Shown here piece by piece: positions 40,499 to 50,166 of a stretch of 64,000 bases of DNA. Origin of the DNA: Candidatus Dojkabacteria bacterium (GTDB lineage Bacteria > Patescibacteriota > Dojkabacteria > JAOAGR01); the NCBI GenBank assembly GCA_025999155.1, contig AP026679.1, positions 602,561 through 666,560 on the forward strand, given 5' to 3'. A model generated the notes under the pieces. It saw only the letters and a list, made by a program, of their open reading frames with translations. It made no database searches and was not told the origin of the DNA. Made by a program: the position numbers and the translations under genes. The stretch's first letter is position 1, and each line of letters starts with the position of its first letter.

Positions 40499-41308
40499 TT
40501 GTTGACTTTTCTCGGGTTGGCAATACCATTTATGCCCTTGATAGGGCAAATTCACAGGTGTCTGGTTTCAAATTCAGCTACACAACAGTTTGATGTCTTT
40601 GCTGCTGATCCTGAGCTAAAAGCTTTAAGTCATATTTCTTGTATACAAAGAAGTTGTTATCTTGTGGATGAGCAAGTAGGTATGGTCATTCTCAATCTTG
40701 AGACTCGGTCATTTAGTAAATTCTCCGCACTACGTGATGCTGGAAAAGGAGTAAAAGAAATTGCGACTTATCTAGCAGGAGATGTGGTATATATATACAC
40801 ATTAATCCCTGCCGAAGGAAAAGTTCTCAGATACCAGAGAGTCGGCGATGGTCTCAGTAAACCTGACGTGTGGAATAAGGATGCAGGTTTTGGTCCTAAT
40901 GTGTCAGATATTTGGGTGGATGGCAGTATATATGAAATGTCGAATGAAGGATCCTTGAGGAAGTTTTATACAGGGAATGTCGATCCGATAAACAGTTTTG
41001 GAGGTTTAGGTCTTGCTATGTTGCCTTTGCGTGGGGACTTACAATTAGCCATGACACCTCCACGAGATCCAGCTCCTGGTGTGATTAATAGATTGTACGT
41101 AACTGATCCTACAAATGAACGCATAGTGGTGTTTGATAGAGATCTTGATCCTCAAAAGAAGCTGAGGTTTCTTGGTTCATATAAATTTAGGGGTTCAGAT
41201 AGAATAAACTTCAGCGATCTTAGGGAAATTGACTTATCCTCAGATGAAAAATATTTGTATGGTTTAAGTAATAATATAGTTTTTAGATTCGCAGTTACAT
41301 CTCTATAA
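40499..41308 (+). CDS. hypothetical protein, possibly the intact C-terminal part of the decayed upstream gene
   Basis: 269-aa ORF with GC higher than the flanks; repeated G/D-rich beta-strand-like segments; no recognisable motif. Confidence 0.3.
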   Translation: MLTFLGLAIPFMPLIGQIHRCLVSNSATQQFDVFAADPELKALSHISCIQRSCYLVDEQVGMVILNLETRSFSKFSALRDAGKGVKEIATYLAGDVVYIYTLIPAEGKVLRYQRVGDGLSKPDVWNKDAGFGPNVSDIWVDGSIYEMSNEGSLRKFYTGNVDPINSFGGLGLAMLPLRGDLQLAMTPPRDPAPGVINRLYVTDPTNERIVVFDRDLDPQKKLRFLGSYKFRGSDRINFSDLREIDLSSDEKYLYGLSNNIVFRFAVTSL

Positions 41309-41325
41309 TTCGAGTTCTACACATT

Positions 41326-41769
41326 GTGCTTGCTACCAAAAAAGTCCTAAAAGTCAATAAGCATGCAATGCATAAATATGCTTCTGAATATATATTCACT
41401 GCAGGAGTAGTGCTAAAAGGCAGTGATGTGCGTGACTTCAAACATTATGACTTTGAAATTCGCGATGCTGTGGTCAATATTGTAGATTATGAAGTGTTTG
41501 TCGAGAATTTGATATTAAAATCTCATGGTACATTACCGCAATGTCGTAAATTACTGTTACAATCAAACGAGATAAATAGAATAATGCAGCTTTTTTCTAA
41601 TAAACGAAATAAGGGCTTTGTTCGCAGAGTGTTTATATCAGATAAGAATCTTATTAAATTAGAAATAGGCATTGGTAAAGTTAGGCGCAAAGTGGAGAAG
41701 AAATCTGCAGAAAAGCGAGCTACTCAGAAGCGTGAGTTAGAAAAAACACTTAAAGAGCTATATATTTGA
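41326..41769 (+). CDS. smpB: SsrA-binding protein SmpB
   Basis: KHAMHKYASEYIFTAGVVLKGSDV...CRKLLLQSNEINRI...IGIGKVRRKVEKKSAEKRA matches the SmpB core and its basic C-terminal tail. Confidence 0.8.
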   Translation: MLATKKVLKVNKHAMHKYASEYIFTAGVVLKGSDVRDFKHYDFEIRDAVVNIVDYEVFVENLILKSHGTLPQCRKLLLQSNEINRIMQLFSNKRNKGFVRRVFISDKNLIKLEIGIGKVRRKVEKKSAEKRATQKRELEKTLKELYI

Positions 41770-41781
41770 TATTACTACATT

Positions 41782-42183
41782 ATGCAACCAGATAATATAG
41801 AAGGTTTTAACCCAGCGGGAGGCCATATCAATGAAATAAACCCTAATTTACAGCCGGATTTGCAACAGCGACGGTATTATCAGGCAGAATATGGCGATAC
41901 TTTTAATTCAGTAGGCAGTAGTACTCAACAAAGCAATAATGGTGTGTTACAAGGTGTACGAGGTCAGATTCAAACTAATGTCTCACAAGGTCAATTGACT
42001 ACAAGCAAACCTGTCGATCCTGTAAAAATTATCGGTGATATGATTTCTGCTGGCTTCAAACCTACGGCCTACCAGATCAGTCAAGCTCAAAATTATGTCA
42101 ATGGTTCATCTGATACGGTTAAAACATGGTTTGCTGTGTTACTTATGAAGATGTTACGACAATTACGTAAGCGTAGATCGTAA
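41782..42183 (+). CDS. Gln/Asn/Ser-rich hypothetical protein
   Basis: 133 aa, low complexity, no TM. Confidence 0.3.
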   Translation: MQPDNIEGFNPAGGHINEINPNLQPDLQQRRYYQAEYGDTFNSVGSSTQQSNNGVLQGVRGQIQTNVSQGQLTTSKPVDPVKIIGDMISAGFKPTAYQISQAQNYVNGSSDTVKTWFAVLLMKMLRQLRKRRS

Positions 42184-42201
42184 GCACATGTTATTAGCCA
42201 C

Positions 42202-42804
42202 ATGAGTGATGATTATACCCCAAAATTAGATAAGGTTGGTGAGTTTGGGTACGGTAAAACGACTATATGTCTCATCTCAACATTAGGATTATCTGCAACA
42301 GTAGACTTTCCGAGAATAGATTCAAAACATCACAAACTATTTACTTATATATTAGATTTTAAAGATAAGATAACAGTATTAGAGGGTAAATTGATTAATA
42401 CTGTTAATTATCTGAGTTTTGCTGGTACTATTGTTTGTGATTATCCTGCTTTTATCTTACTTATGCATTTATCTACAAGTTTAATCTCGTTTCAAAAAGG
42501 TTTGGATCAAATCATTTTATTTAATCCAAAGATACATAAAAATAAGTTCTTAAGTGGCATGGTGCGATACCGATTAATTAACCTAATTAATCAAAACATA
42601 TATGTTAATATACGAGACATAGAAGCGTATATCTTACAATATCCACCCGATATAAAGGTGAGGAAATCCGATGTCATTGGATTAGAAAGTCGGGATAGCG
42701 CTGTTAAATTTGCTACATTACTCGAAAATTCCAAAGTTCATTTCGCTTTTGATTATAATGATGCCTTAGATATTCTGGAACAAGTTTTGAATGGAAATGC
42801 TTAA
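42202..42804 (+). CDS. hypothetical protein with N-terminal P-loop-like motif
   Basis: GEFGYGKTT near the N-terminus; the rest is unrecognised. Confidence 0.3.
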   Translation: MSDDYTPKLDKVGEFGYGKTTICLISTLGLSATVDFPRIDSKHHKLFTYILDFKDKITVLEGKLINTVNYLSFAGTIVCDYPAFILLMHLSTSLISFQKGLDQIILFNPKIHKNKFLSGMVRYRLINLINQNIYVNIRDIEAYILQYPPDIKVRKSDVIGLESRDSAVKFATLLENSKVHFAFDYNDALDILEQVLNGNA

Positions 42805-43363
42805 TATTCGTGTTATCAAAAAATTCTTGAATACACAGGGACAGGTAAGTTGCGTAGCCTTATTATTGAGTATTGTAACTTTTTTGTCGGTAATAGTAGC
42901 GTCTTTTGTTACTGAGCAAATAAGCACATTCATTAATGAAGCTGCGGCCGGTTCGGATGATTTTTATATCGCTGTTAAAGTGATTGATGGTGATACAATA
43001 GAAGTTGAAAATAATGGTCAACGTCTAAAGATTCGTTATATCGGAGTCGATACTCCTGAGTCTGTCAAACCAGATTCTCCAGTGGAATGTTACGGTCAAG
43101 AAGCTAAGGAGTTCAATAAGAGTTTGGTTTTAGGTAAAAAAATAAGAGTAGAATCCGACGTTACAGATACAGATAAATATGGTCGTAAATTAAGATATGT
43201 TTATTTAGAGGATGGACGTATGGTTAATGAAATACTGCTAGAAGAAGGATATGCTCGTTTATTAACTATACCGCCAAATGTGAAATATGTTGACAAGCTC
43301 AGAGAAGCAGAAAAGAAAGCTCGGGAAAATGAACGGGGTCTCTGGGTAAAGTGCAGTCAATGA
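42791..43363 (+). CDS. membrane-anchored/secreted thermonuclease (staphylococcal nuclease-like, SNase)
   Basis: N-terminal TM VSCVALLLSIVTFLSVIVASFV; VIDGDTIEV, RLKIRYIGVDTPE, KYGRKLRYVYL, NEILLEEGYAR SNase motifs. Confidence 0.75.
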   Translation: MEMLNIRVIKKFLNTQGQVSCVALLLSIVTFLSVIVASFVTEQISTFINEAAAGSDDFYIAVKVIDGDTIEVENNGQRLKIRYIGVDTPESVKPDSPVECYGQEAKEFNKSLVLGKKIRVESDVTDTDKYGRKLRYVYLEDGRMVNEILLEEGYARLLTIPPNVKYVDKLREAEKKARENERGLWVKCSQ

Positions 43364-43409
43364 TTGACACTATAATGAATTTATATCACTATATTATGAA
43401 GGTTTTAAA

Positions 43410-44615
43410 ATGTTTCACTTTAATAAGACAGAGAACCACAATAAAAGATATTTGTGTCTTGATATTGGTACGGAATATTTAAAAGTCATAGTTTATAGAA
43501 TAGTTGATGAAAATCTTGAGGTTTTAGAATATTTGAGAGCACGCCAGCATAATACAGCCATGAAGAATGGTACTGTGACTAGTATTCGTCGTGTGATTGA
43601 GACTGTGCGTGACACCATTCGGAACTTACAAACAAAGAAATTTGAAGGAGCGATAATGGGTATTGCAGGGGAACTTGTTAAAGGTGTTATGGTTGAGGCA
43701 AGATATACTCGGAATAATCCTAGTCAAGCAATCGATAATGATGAGATAGATCTTATTGCTGGGAAGATTTTGCCAGAAGCTTATAAGGAAGCCCAAAAGC
43801 TTGTATTCAATCAGGTAGGGGATACTACAGGAGAATTAAAAAATCTAGAAATGCTTAATTACATTATAGTGGATGCAGAAATAGATAGTTTTCGGGTTGA
43901 AGACCCTATTGGAATGACTGGCGTAGAAGCAAAGATTAAGTTTTATTGTACTTTTGCTCCTGTGTTGCATGTTAACTACTTAAGAAGTATCACTGATTCG
44001 ATCGGTGTGAGGTTAATTGCTATTACTCCACAGCCTTTTGCAATCGCTAGAGCTATTAATGGGGCTAGAAGTTCTTCTTTTTCCGGTATTATTATAGATA
44101 TTGGTGGAGGTACGACTGATATAGCAGTCATTCAGAATGGGGTTGTCGTGGGTACTCATATGGTTGCTTTTGGTAGTCGTGTTTTTACAAAAAGAATTGC
44201 GGCAGATTTAAATTTGACATTAAATGAAGCAGAAGAATTTAAAATAAAGTATTCGAAAAATGAGTTAGCTCAAGGTCGCGTTCAAGAAGTAAAAAATGCA
44301 TTGATGAAAGATGTTCCGTTTTGGACTACTCAAGTAGCGATTGGGTTAGAGGAATTTTTGCCACTAGTCTCTGGTTTTCCTCACCAAATTTATTTGTGCG
44401 GGGGAGGAAGTTTGTTACCGGAAATCAAAACAAGTCTGATAGAGTTTCCTTGGACTAAAGAACTTCCATTCAATAGATCGCCGAAGATAAATTTTCTTTA
44501 TCCCTCTGACTTATATGGTATTATAGATCCAAATAATTTATTAACTTCGGTAGAAGATGTGACACCTGTGAGCATTGCACGATTCACATTAGAGTTAGAC
44601 AAAATTAATAAATAG
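43410..44615 (+). CDS. ftsA: actin-like ATPase of the FtsA/PilM family, most like FtsA
   Basis: CLDIGTEYLKVIV phosphate-1, NGTVTSIRRVIETVRDTIRNLQTKKFEGAIMGIAG, IIDIGGGTTDIAVI phosphate-2, LCGGGSLLPEI adenosine motif. Confidence 0.55.
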   Translation: MFHFNKTENHNKRYLCLDIGTEYLKVIVYRIVDENLEVLEYLRARQHNTAMKNGTVTSIRRVIETVRDTIRNLQTKKFEGAIMGIAGELVKGVMVEARYTRNNPSQAIDNDEIDLIAGKILPEAYKEAQKLVFNQVGDTTGELKNLEMLNYIIVDAEIDSFRVEDPIGMTGVEAKIKFYCTFAPVLHVNYLRSITDSIGVRLIAITPQPFAIARAINGARSSSFSGIIIDIGGGTTDIAVIQNGVVVGTHMVAFGSRVFTKRIAADLNLTLNEAEEFKIKYSKNELAQGRVQEVKNALMKDVPFWTTQVAIGLEEFLPLVSGFPHQIYLCGGGSLLPEIKTSLIEFPWTKELPFNRSPKINFLYPSDLYGIIDPNNLLTSVEDVTPVSIARFTLELDKINK

Positions 44616-44620
44616 GGTAT

Positions 44621-45406
44621 ATGGACTCTGCAAAGATATTTATAGATACAGATAATGAAATAACTTTTATAATCGAAAAGATTTTAAATGCTAAATCTGA
44701 ACGTGTGTGCCTGGTTGTACCAGATCGGGCATCTATTTTTACCTCTATATCTACTCTTAAGCTATTAAAGAGAGTTATTGATAAATCGAATAAATTATTA
44801 ATTTTAGTCACCTTAGATGATAATGGAGTAAAATTGGCTCAAAGGGTTGGTTTTGTCGTCGTAAGAAGGCTAGGGGAAGTGAATGGTGAATCATGGGAAA
44901 AAGTACAAAAACAGAAATTTGAGTTACTAAAGAAAAATAAAAGTAAAATCTATTATACACCTGAGATTCCTGAGTTGGATACTTCTGCAACCGATGAAAA
45001 TACAGAGGATAATAGTGAAAAAGCAAATGTTTCAATCTCCGATATCGAAAGCTCTGATTTAGTTGGTCTGGATTATACCGCAGCAGATACAACAATCGCC
45101 TCGGGTACACCTCAATTGACTATTGATTTGCCCAGCAATGATTTGCGTAGACCAGTAGTAGAACAGGTGACTACAAAAAGTATTAATGAAGAACGAACGA
45201 AAAGTCAAGGAGACAATAATGAGAACACCGATAAAATATTCTCATTCATGCTGTCACACGAACAGATTTCAGGTAACACACAGCCTCAAACACTATCTCA
45301 AGGCCCTCATACACCACCTAAAAGGAGACGTAAATCAAAACATAAAACGAATAATTTAGAATTTTTTGAGGGAAAGGATTTACTAAAAAACGCTAGAGAT
45401 ATATAG
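44621..45406 (+). CDS. hypothetical protein (ordered N-terminal domain, acidic/low-complexity C-terminal half)
   Basis: 261 aa, no TM; sits between the ftsA-like gene and ftsEX. Confidence 0.3.
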   Translation: MDSAKIFIDTDNEITFIIEKILNAKSERVCLVVPDRASIFTSISTLKLLKRVIDKSNKLLILVTLDDNGVKLAQRVGFVVVRRLGEVNGESWEKVQKQKFELLKKNKSKIYYTPEIPELDTSATDENTEDNSEKANVSISDIESSDLVGLDYTAADTTIASGTPQLTIDLPSNDLRRPVVEQVTTKSINEERTKSQGDNNENTDKIFSFMLSHEQISGNTQPQTLSQGPHTPPKRRRKSKHKTNNLEFFEGKDLLKNARDI

Positions 45407-45432
45407 TAAATCAGTATTTATTTGATATTCGT

Positions 45433-46875
45433 GTGATGATGAACAATGAGCGAGCGTCTTTATCCAGATTTTTAAAATCATCTTCTACACGTCTCAGATC
45501 TGCCAGACCGATAAAATCAAGACGCACAGCTGATTTTTTATCGATGTCTCACAATCAGGGTAGTTTATTTATAAGAAGAAGAGTCGCGTTGGAAAGACGA
45601 AGTTTGCTCTCCAGAATCAAAAGTATTTTTAGTACATCAAATAGAACTTTACCACAAAGAAGAACGTTTTCAGGCACTATATCGAGTAGTAAATCAAACT
45701 CATCACATGACTCATTTAAGTTACATGGTAAAAAAAGGTTATTTTTTTATCTGTCAGCTATTTTCGGTGTGCCGATTTTATTGATAATAATTGCTGTTTA
45801 TGTATTTATAGATAATTCGGTTTTATACGCCGTTACGTTACGATATAAGTATCAAAATCTACTGCTTGAAAGGCAAATCCAAATACAAGAGGATTCACCA
45901 TTAAATCTCAAGATTATGAAATTGACTACTGAAGATGGTGTAACAGTATCCAATTCTACGACAGGTCAGAAAATAGTAGGCGAAAAGGCTTCAGGGTATA
46001 TTTCAGTGTTCAATTCCACTGCAGAAATAAAAGTAATTTCAAAAGGTACGGAAGTACTGTGTATCTCGCCATCGTGTAATGGTCTTGTATATATTGCTAA
46101 TTCTGATTTAAATCTTGGCCCTGGAAGTTCCTCAGGAGATTTACAAATTGTAGCATCTGATATTGGAGAAAACTATAATGTTAATGTAAATGCAGGACGT
46201 TTTAAAGTTGGCAATTTCGATCCTAATCTCGAAATTATAGCAGCTAATGTAAGACCAATCACAGGAGGCACCCCGAAAAAAACCGTCAATATTGTCTCTG
46301 CAGATGATATAAAGGCTTTAGAGGAAAAAGCCCTCAATTATCTCAAGGGTACCATTCTTCTCAAACTCACAACAGATCCTAATCATGTGAATAAATATTT
46401 ATTTTCAGAAAATAGCCTGAAAATAGAAAAAATTAGTGTTCAGGGAGATCAAGAAGGTCAAGAAGCTGATGTGGTGAATCTAACGGTAAGGGCTAAAGGG
46501 ACCATAGATGCTATTCCTAAGGACAGTATTAACAATATTGTGGAGGAAATGAAAGCTTCTATGGTCCCTGATGGATATTATTTAGATGAAAAGACATTTA
46601 AGCATAACTTATCTGTTGCAAGTACAGATAACGATTTCATTATAACTATTACTGCGACAGGTATAGGACGAGTTAATCTTAATATAGATGAGTTAAAATC
46701 AAAATTGGCGAATCAAAGTTTGCATGAAGCGGAGAAGATTATTATATCAATCCCTAATATTCATGGTGTAAGTATTTCGTATGTACCAGATTATATTCCT
46801 GAGTTTTTCAGAAAAGTTCCTAGTAACCCAAATAAAATACAAATTCGCTTAATAGCTGAAGATCCTGAGTCATGA
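45433..46875 (+). CDS. bitopic membrane protein: basic Arg/Ser-rich cytoplasmic N-terminus, one TM, large extracytoplasmic domain (FtsQ/DivIB-like topology)
   Basis: TM at LFFYLSAIFGVPILLIIIAVYVFI; 480 aa; no recognised motif. Confidence 0.3.
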   Translation: MMMNNERASLSRFLKSSSTRLRSARPIKSRRTADFLSMSHNQGSLFIRRRVALERRSLLSRIKSIFSTSNRTLPQRRTFSGTISSSKSNSSHDSFKLHGKKRLFFYLSAIFGVPILLIIIAVYVFIDNSVLYAVTLRYKYQNLLLERQIQIQEDSPLNLKIMKLTTEDGVTVSNSTTGQKIVGEKASGYISVFNSTAEIKVISKGTEVLCISPSCNGLVYIANSDLNLGPGSSSGDLQIVASDIGENYNVNVNAGRFKVGNFDPNLEIIAANVRPITGGTPKKTVNIVSADDIKALEEKALNYLKGTILLKLTTDPNHVNKYLFSENSLKIEKISVQGDQEGQEADVVNLTVRAKGTIDAIPKDSINNIVEEMKASMVPDGYYLDEKTFKHNLSVASTDNDFIITITATGIGRVNLNIDELKSKLANQSLHEAEKIIISIPNIHGVSISYVPDYIPEFFRKVPSNPNKIQIRLIAEDPES

Positions 46876-46939
46876 CTCTAGTTAGTTCGGTTATACTTTC
46901 AATCGCTCAGAAAATATGTAAAATAGATAGATTAAAGTT

Positions 46940-47617
46940 GTGTTAACTTTTCAACAAGTAACAAAAAAGTACTCAAACGGACGTGTAGCTTTAGATAATG
47001 TTTCGTTTCATATCGATGAAGGTGAGTTTGTGTTTTTGGTAGGTTCGTCGGGTGCGGGGAAGTCAACAGCTATAAGATTGATAATCAGACAAGAGACACC
47101 TACGAGTGGTGATATTTTATTTGAAGGTATTAAAGTAAATAAGCTTAAAGGAGATAAACTGGCACGTTATCGCAGAGATATCGGGATTGTGTTTCAGGAT
47201 TTTAAGTTATTAAGTGCACGCACGGTTGCTGAAAACGTAGCGTTTGTACTCGAAGTCAGCGGCAAGCCTTATTCATTTATTAAAAAAGCGGTCGACTATA
47301 TTCTAGACTTAGTAGGATTATCTGACAAAAGAAATGCATTTCCTGCTACTTTATCTGGCGGAGAGCAACAGAGAGTGGCTATTGCTAGAGCTATTGTAAC
47401 TGAGCCCAAAATGCTTATTGCGGATGAACCGACAGGCAATCTTGATCGCAGCAATGCATGGGATATAATTCAGCTTTTCAATAAAATCAACAATTGGGGA
47501 ACAACAGTAGTTATAGCTACACATGATACTGAAATAGTTGATTCACTAAATAAAAGAGTAATCAGATTTGAAAACGGGCGGTTAGTTCGAGATAATGTAG
47601 GAGGGTATCACTTTTAA
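46940..47617 (+). CDS. ftsE: cell-division ABC ATPase FtsE (GTG start)
   Basis: Walker A GSSGAGKST, Q-loop, signature LSGGEQQRVAIARA, Walker B LIADEPTGNLD. Confidence 0.85.
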   Translation: MLTFQQVTKKYSNGRVALDNVSFHIDEGEFVFLVGSSGAGKSTAIRLIIRQETPTSGDILFEGIKVNKLKGDKLARYRRDIGIVFQDFKLLSARTVAENVAFVLEVSGKPYSFIKKAVDYILDLVGLSDKRNAFPATLSGGEQQRVAIARAIVTEPKMLIADEPTGNLDRSNAWDIIQLFNKINNWGTTVVIATHDTEIVDSLNKRVIRFENGRLVRDNVGGYHF

Positions 47618-47621
47618 AGCT

Positions 47622-48572
47622 ATGAGAAAATTTTTTCGTGCCGTAAAAATTGCTTTTCAATATATCTACCGTAACTGGGGGCTGAGTGTAGCTTCTACGC
47701 TTGTTATGACTTTATCTTTTTTGATAGTTTCGGTTTTCGGAATAGCTTTTTATGGATCTACTTTATTAGTCCAGTATGTGGATTCTAAACCTGCTCTAAC
47801 TATCTTTTTACGTGGAGATCTGAGTGATGAACAAAGAGTGAAGTTTGAACAATTGGTGACCCAGACTGGTCTGGTGCGTGAAGTTTCTGTAAAGAATCTT
47901 GAATTTACCAAAGAAGATTTTGCAAAAAAATATCCTGACCCCGAATTAATTAAACCGTTAGAAACTGAAGAAGCTAAATCTTTCATGCCGATAATCGCCT
48001 TTATTTATAGTGATTCTCAAGATAAGTTACAAGAGTTAATAAATTATCTCGAGAAAAATGAGGAGTTCATGAAAGATATGATAGATACTAAAAATGTCGA
48101 TAGAGTAGGGTGGTATAGCTTTAGCGAGACTCAAGCCAGCATTATTCGAGAGACAAATCGATTTATTTCCATAGTGGGAACTATAGTGACTATAATGCTG
48201 TTTGTAATATCTTCTATTTTGATCTTTATTACAGTGAAATTAACTATTAACTATCATCGACGTGAAATTGAAATTATGGATTTGGTGGGGGCTGATGGCT
48301 GGTTTATACGATTTCCTTTTGTACTAGGAGGAATTATATATGGGGTGGTCGGTGCTGTTTTGTCTACAACATTAATTATAGTATCTCGTAATTTATTATT
48401 CGAAACATCTCAGTCACTTGTGCCTCGTTTACTTGAATTTTTCGGCGAAGTACCATGGCCAACTATTGATAATTATTTGATAATTGATTTCTATATCTTC
48501 ACCGTAGGAGTAGGTGCATTGATTGGTGCTCTGAGTAGCTTTATTGCAATTTTAAAATATGTTAAAAATTAA
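47622..48572 (+). CDS. ftsX: cell-division permease-like protein FtsX
   Basis: Four TM helices with a large extracytoplasmic loop after TM1; follows ftsE directly. Confidence 0.8.
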   Translation: MRKFFRAVKIAFQYIYRNWGLSVASTLVMTLSFLIVSVFGIAFYGSTLLVQYVDSKPALTIFLRGDLSDEQRVKFEQLVTQTGLVREVSVKNLEFTKEDFAKKYPDPELIKPLETEEAKSFMPIIAFIYSDSQDKLQELINYLEKNEEFMKDMIDTKNVDRVGWYSFSETQASIIRETNRFISIVGTIVTIMLFVISSILIFITVKLTINYHRREIEIMDLVGADGWFIRFPFVLGGIIYGVVGAVLSTTLIIVSRNLLFETSQSLVPRLLEFFGEVPWPTIDNYLIIDFYIFTVGVGALIGALSSFIAILKYVKN

Positions 48573-49926
48573 AAATATGACTGCCCAACATCATCGAATC
48601 CAGAGTTTGCTCTATGTGCTCATTGTGTTATTTGCTTTTGTGTGGGTATTTTTGCCGACATCAATACAGGCCCAATCTCAGAATCGATTAAAAGAGATAG
48701 AGGAACGAATAAATGAACTAAAACGTCAAAGGGATGAGATTAATGCACAAATTCAAGCTGCTCAAAACGCACAAGAGTCTCTTGCTCAACAAGCTCAGTT
48801 ATTAGATGCAGAAATTGCACGTTCTGAAATTGCTATTCAATCTTTTCAATTAGAGTTAGATAAATTGAATGTAGAATTAGAAGTTTTGCGTGATGAGCAA
48901 AGAAAATTACAAGAAAGGCTTGATCAAGTAAAAGAAGAGTTGAAAACAGCTGAGACAGAACTAAAAATATCGGTTAACCTACTCTATAAATTGTCAAAAA
49001 ATTCTCTTTCTATCTTAGATAAAGATATGAATTTCAGGGAGGTAGTTATCGGGGAGGAGAAAGAGCGTACTACCTTAAGGTTAATTAAGGCAAAAATCAA
49101 AGAAATTGAAAACTTAAAATCACAAATTGAACAGAAAAAGTCCGAAATTGATGCTAAAGAAAAACAAGCATCAGAACTCAAGGATCAATTAGAAGGTCAA
49201 AAAAACCTTTTAGACTTACAAAAGCAAGCTTTAGCAATACAAAAAGAATATAAACAAAATCTTATCATTAGATACAAACGGTCTCAAGAGGATCTTAGCA
49301 ATAAGAAAAATGCATATGAGAGGCGCATTCGTCAGTCTGAAGAAGAAAAGGCTATGATAGAGGCTGCTTTGCGTAATAGTATAGTTTCTGGTACTCGAGT
49401 CAATGCTGGGGATGTAATAGGTTTTCAAGGGCGGACAGGTTTGTCGTGTAGTAGTCCGATACCAGGAGCTACCCCGTATCCTGATCCAGAAAGCGATCCT
49501 TGTCGTAAAGTACCGTATACTGACGGATTTTATTATTATGATCCTAATACGTATCCTGCTGCAGGCTCACATTTACATTTCGTATATAATGATACGAATG
49601 GCTATCGTGTTAACTTGAATCAGTATTTCCCATACGGAGGACCTATCATAAAACCTCCATTTTTTGACGTTTTACCTATAAGTCGTTTTGTTGTAACACA
49701 GCAATTTTATTCAGGGCATCAAGCAATAGATATGGATGGGGGACATGGGGCACCTGTATATGCAATCAAGAGTGGGGTTATAAGTTATTTTTGTTCTGCT
49801 TATAATCGAAGTGATCCTGTTTTATCAAAAGATCCTGGATTTGGTGCTATCATAATACATGATGATGGTTCAAAGTCCGTTTACTACCACATACAAAGAA
49901 ATCAACCTTGCCCTCAATGGCTATAA
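48559..49926 (+). CDS. EnvC/PcsB-like secreted coiled-coil protein with M23 (LytM) peptidase motifs in unusual order
   Basis: Signal peptide, about 280 aa of coiled coil. GDVIGFQGRTG...GSHLHFVY (normally the C-terminal half of M23) precedes HQAIDMDGGHGAPVYAIKSGVI (normally the N-terminal HxxxD half). Likely start at 48577. Confidence 0.6.
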   Translation: MLKIKNMTAQHHRIQSLLYVLIVLFAFVWVFLPTSIQAQSQNRLKEIEERINELKRQRDEINAQIQAAQNAQESLAQQAQLLDAEIARSEIAIQSFQLELDKLNVELEVLRDEQRKLQERLDQVKEELKTAETELKISVNLLYKLSKNSLSILDKDMNFREVVIGEEKERTTLRLIKAKIKEIENLKSQIEQKKSEIDAKEKQASELKDQLEGQKNLLDLQKQALAIQKEYKQNLIIRYKRSQEDLSNKKNAYERRIRQSEEEKAMIEAALRNSIVSGTRVNAGDVIGFQGRTGLSCSSPIPGATPYPDPESDPCRKVPYTDGFYYYDPNTYPAAGSHLHFVYNDTNGYRVNLNQYFPYGGPIIKPPFFDVLPISRFVVTQQFYSGHQAIDMDGGHGAPVYAIKSGVISYFCSAYNRSDPVLSKDPGFGAIIIHDDGSKSVYYHIQRNQPCPQWL

Positions 49927-50061
49927 AGATTAATTTTCCTGGATTTATGTGTTTGGTAATTGTTGTGTAAATAATTAATCATGGTTTCTCAAATTGGTTT
50001 TTATCAATCTGAGATTATATTCTTCTGATGAGATTTAGTTGAGTATTTAGTGTTTGGCGTG

Positions 50062-50138
50062 TGGTGGACCCTAGCGGATTCGAACCGCTCACCTCTTCTA
50101 TGCCATAGAAGCGTTCTAGCCAAATGAACTAAGGGCCC
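50062..50138 (-). tRNA. tRNA-Ala (anticodon GGC) with G3:U70, CCA encoded
   Basis: Minus strand GGGCCCT...AGGGTCC acceptor stem with G3:T70 wobble, anticodon loop ATGGCAT, T-arm AGCGGTTCGAATCCGCT, ACCA. Confidence 0.85.
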
Positions 50139-50166
50139 TACAAAAAAATTATATCATAATGCTAAC

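Noticed and set aside
39100-41325. tmRNA (ssrA) next to smpB
   Set aside because: I looked on both strands for a tag reading frame ending in Ala-Ala-stop and for a tRNA-like GGTTCGANTCC T-arm with a 3' ACCA, and found neither. An Infernal scan is still needed for certainty.
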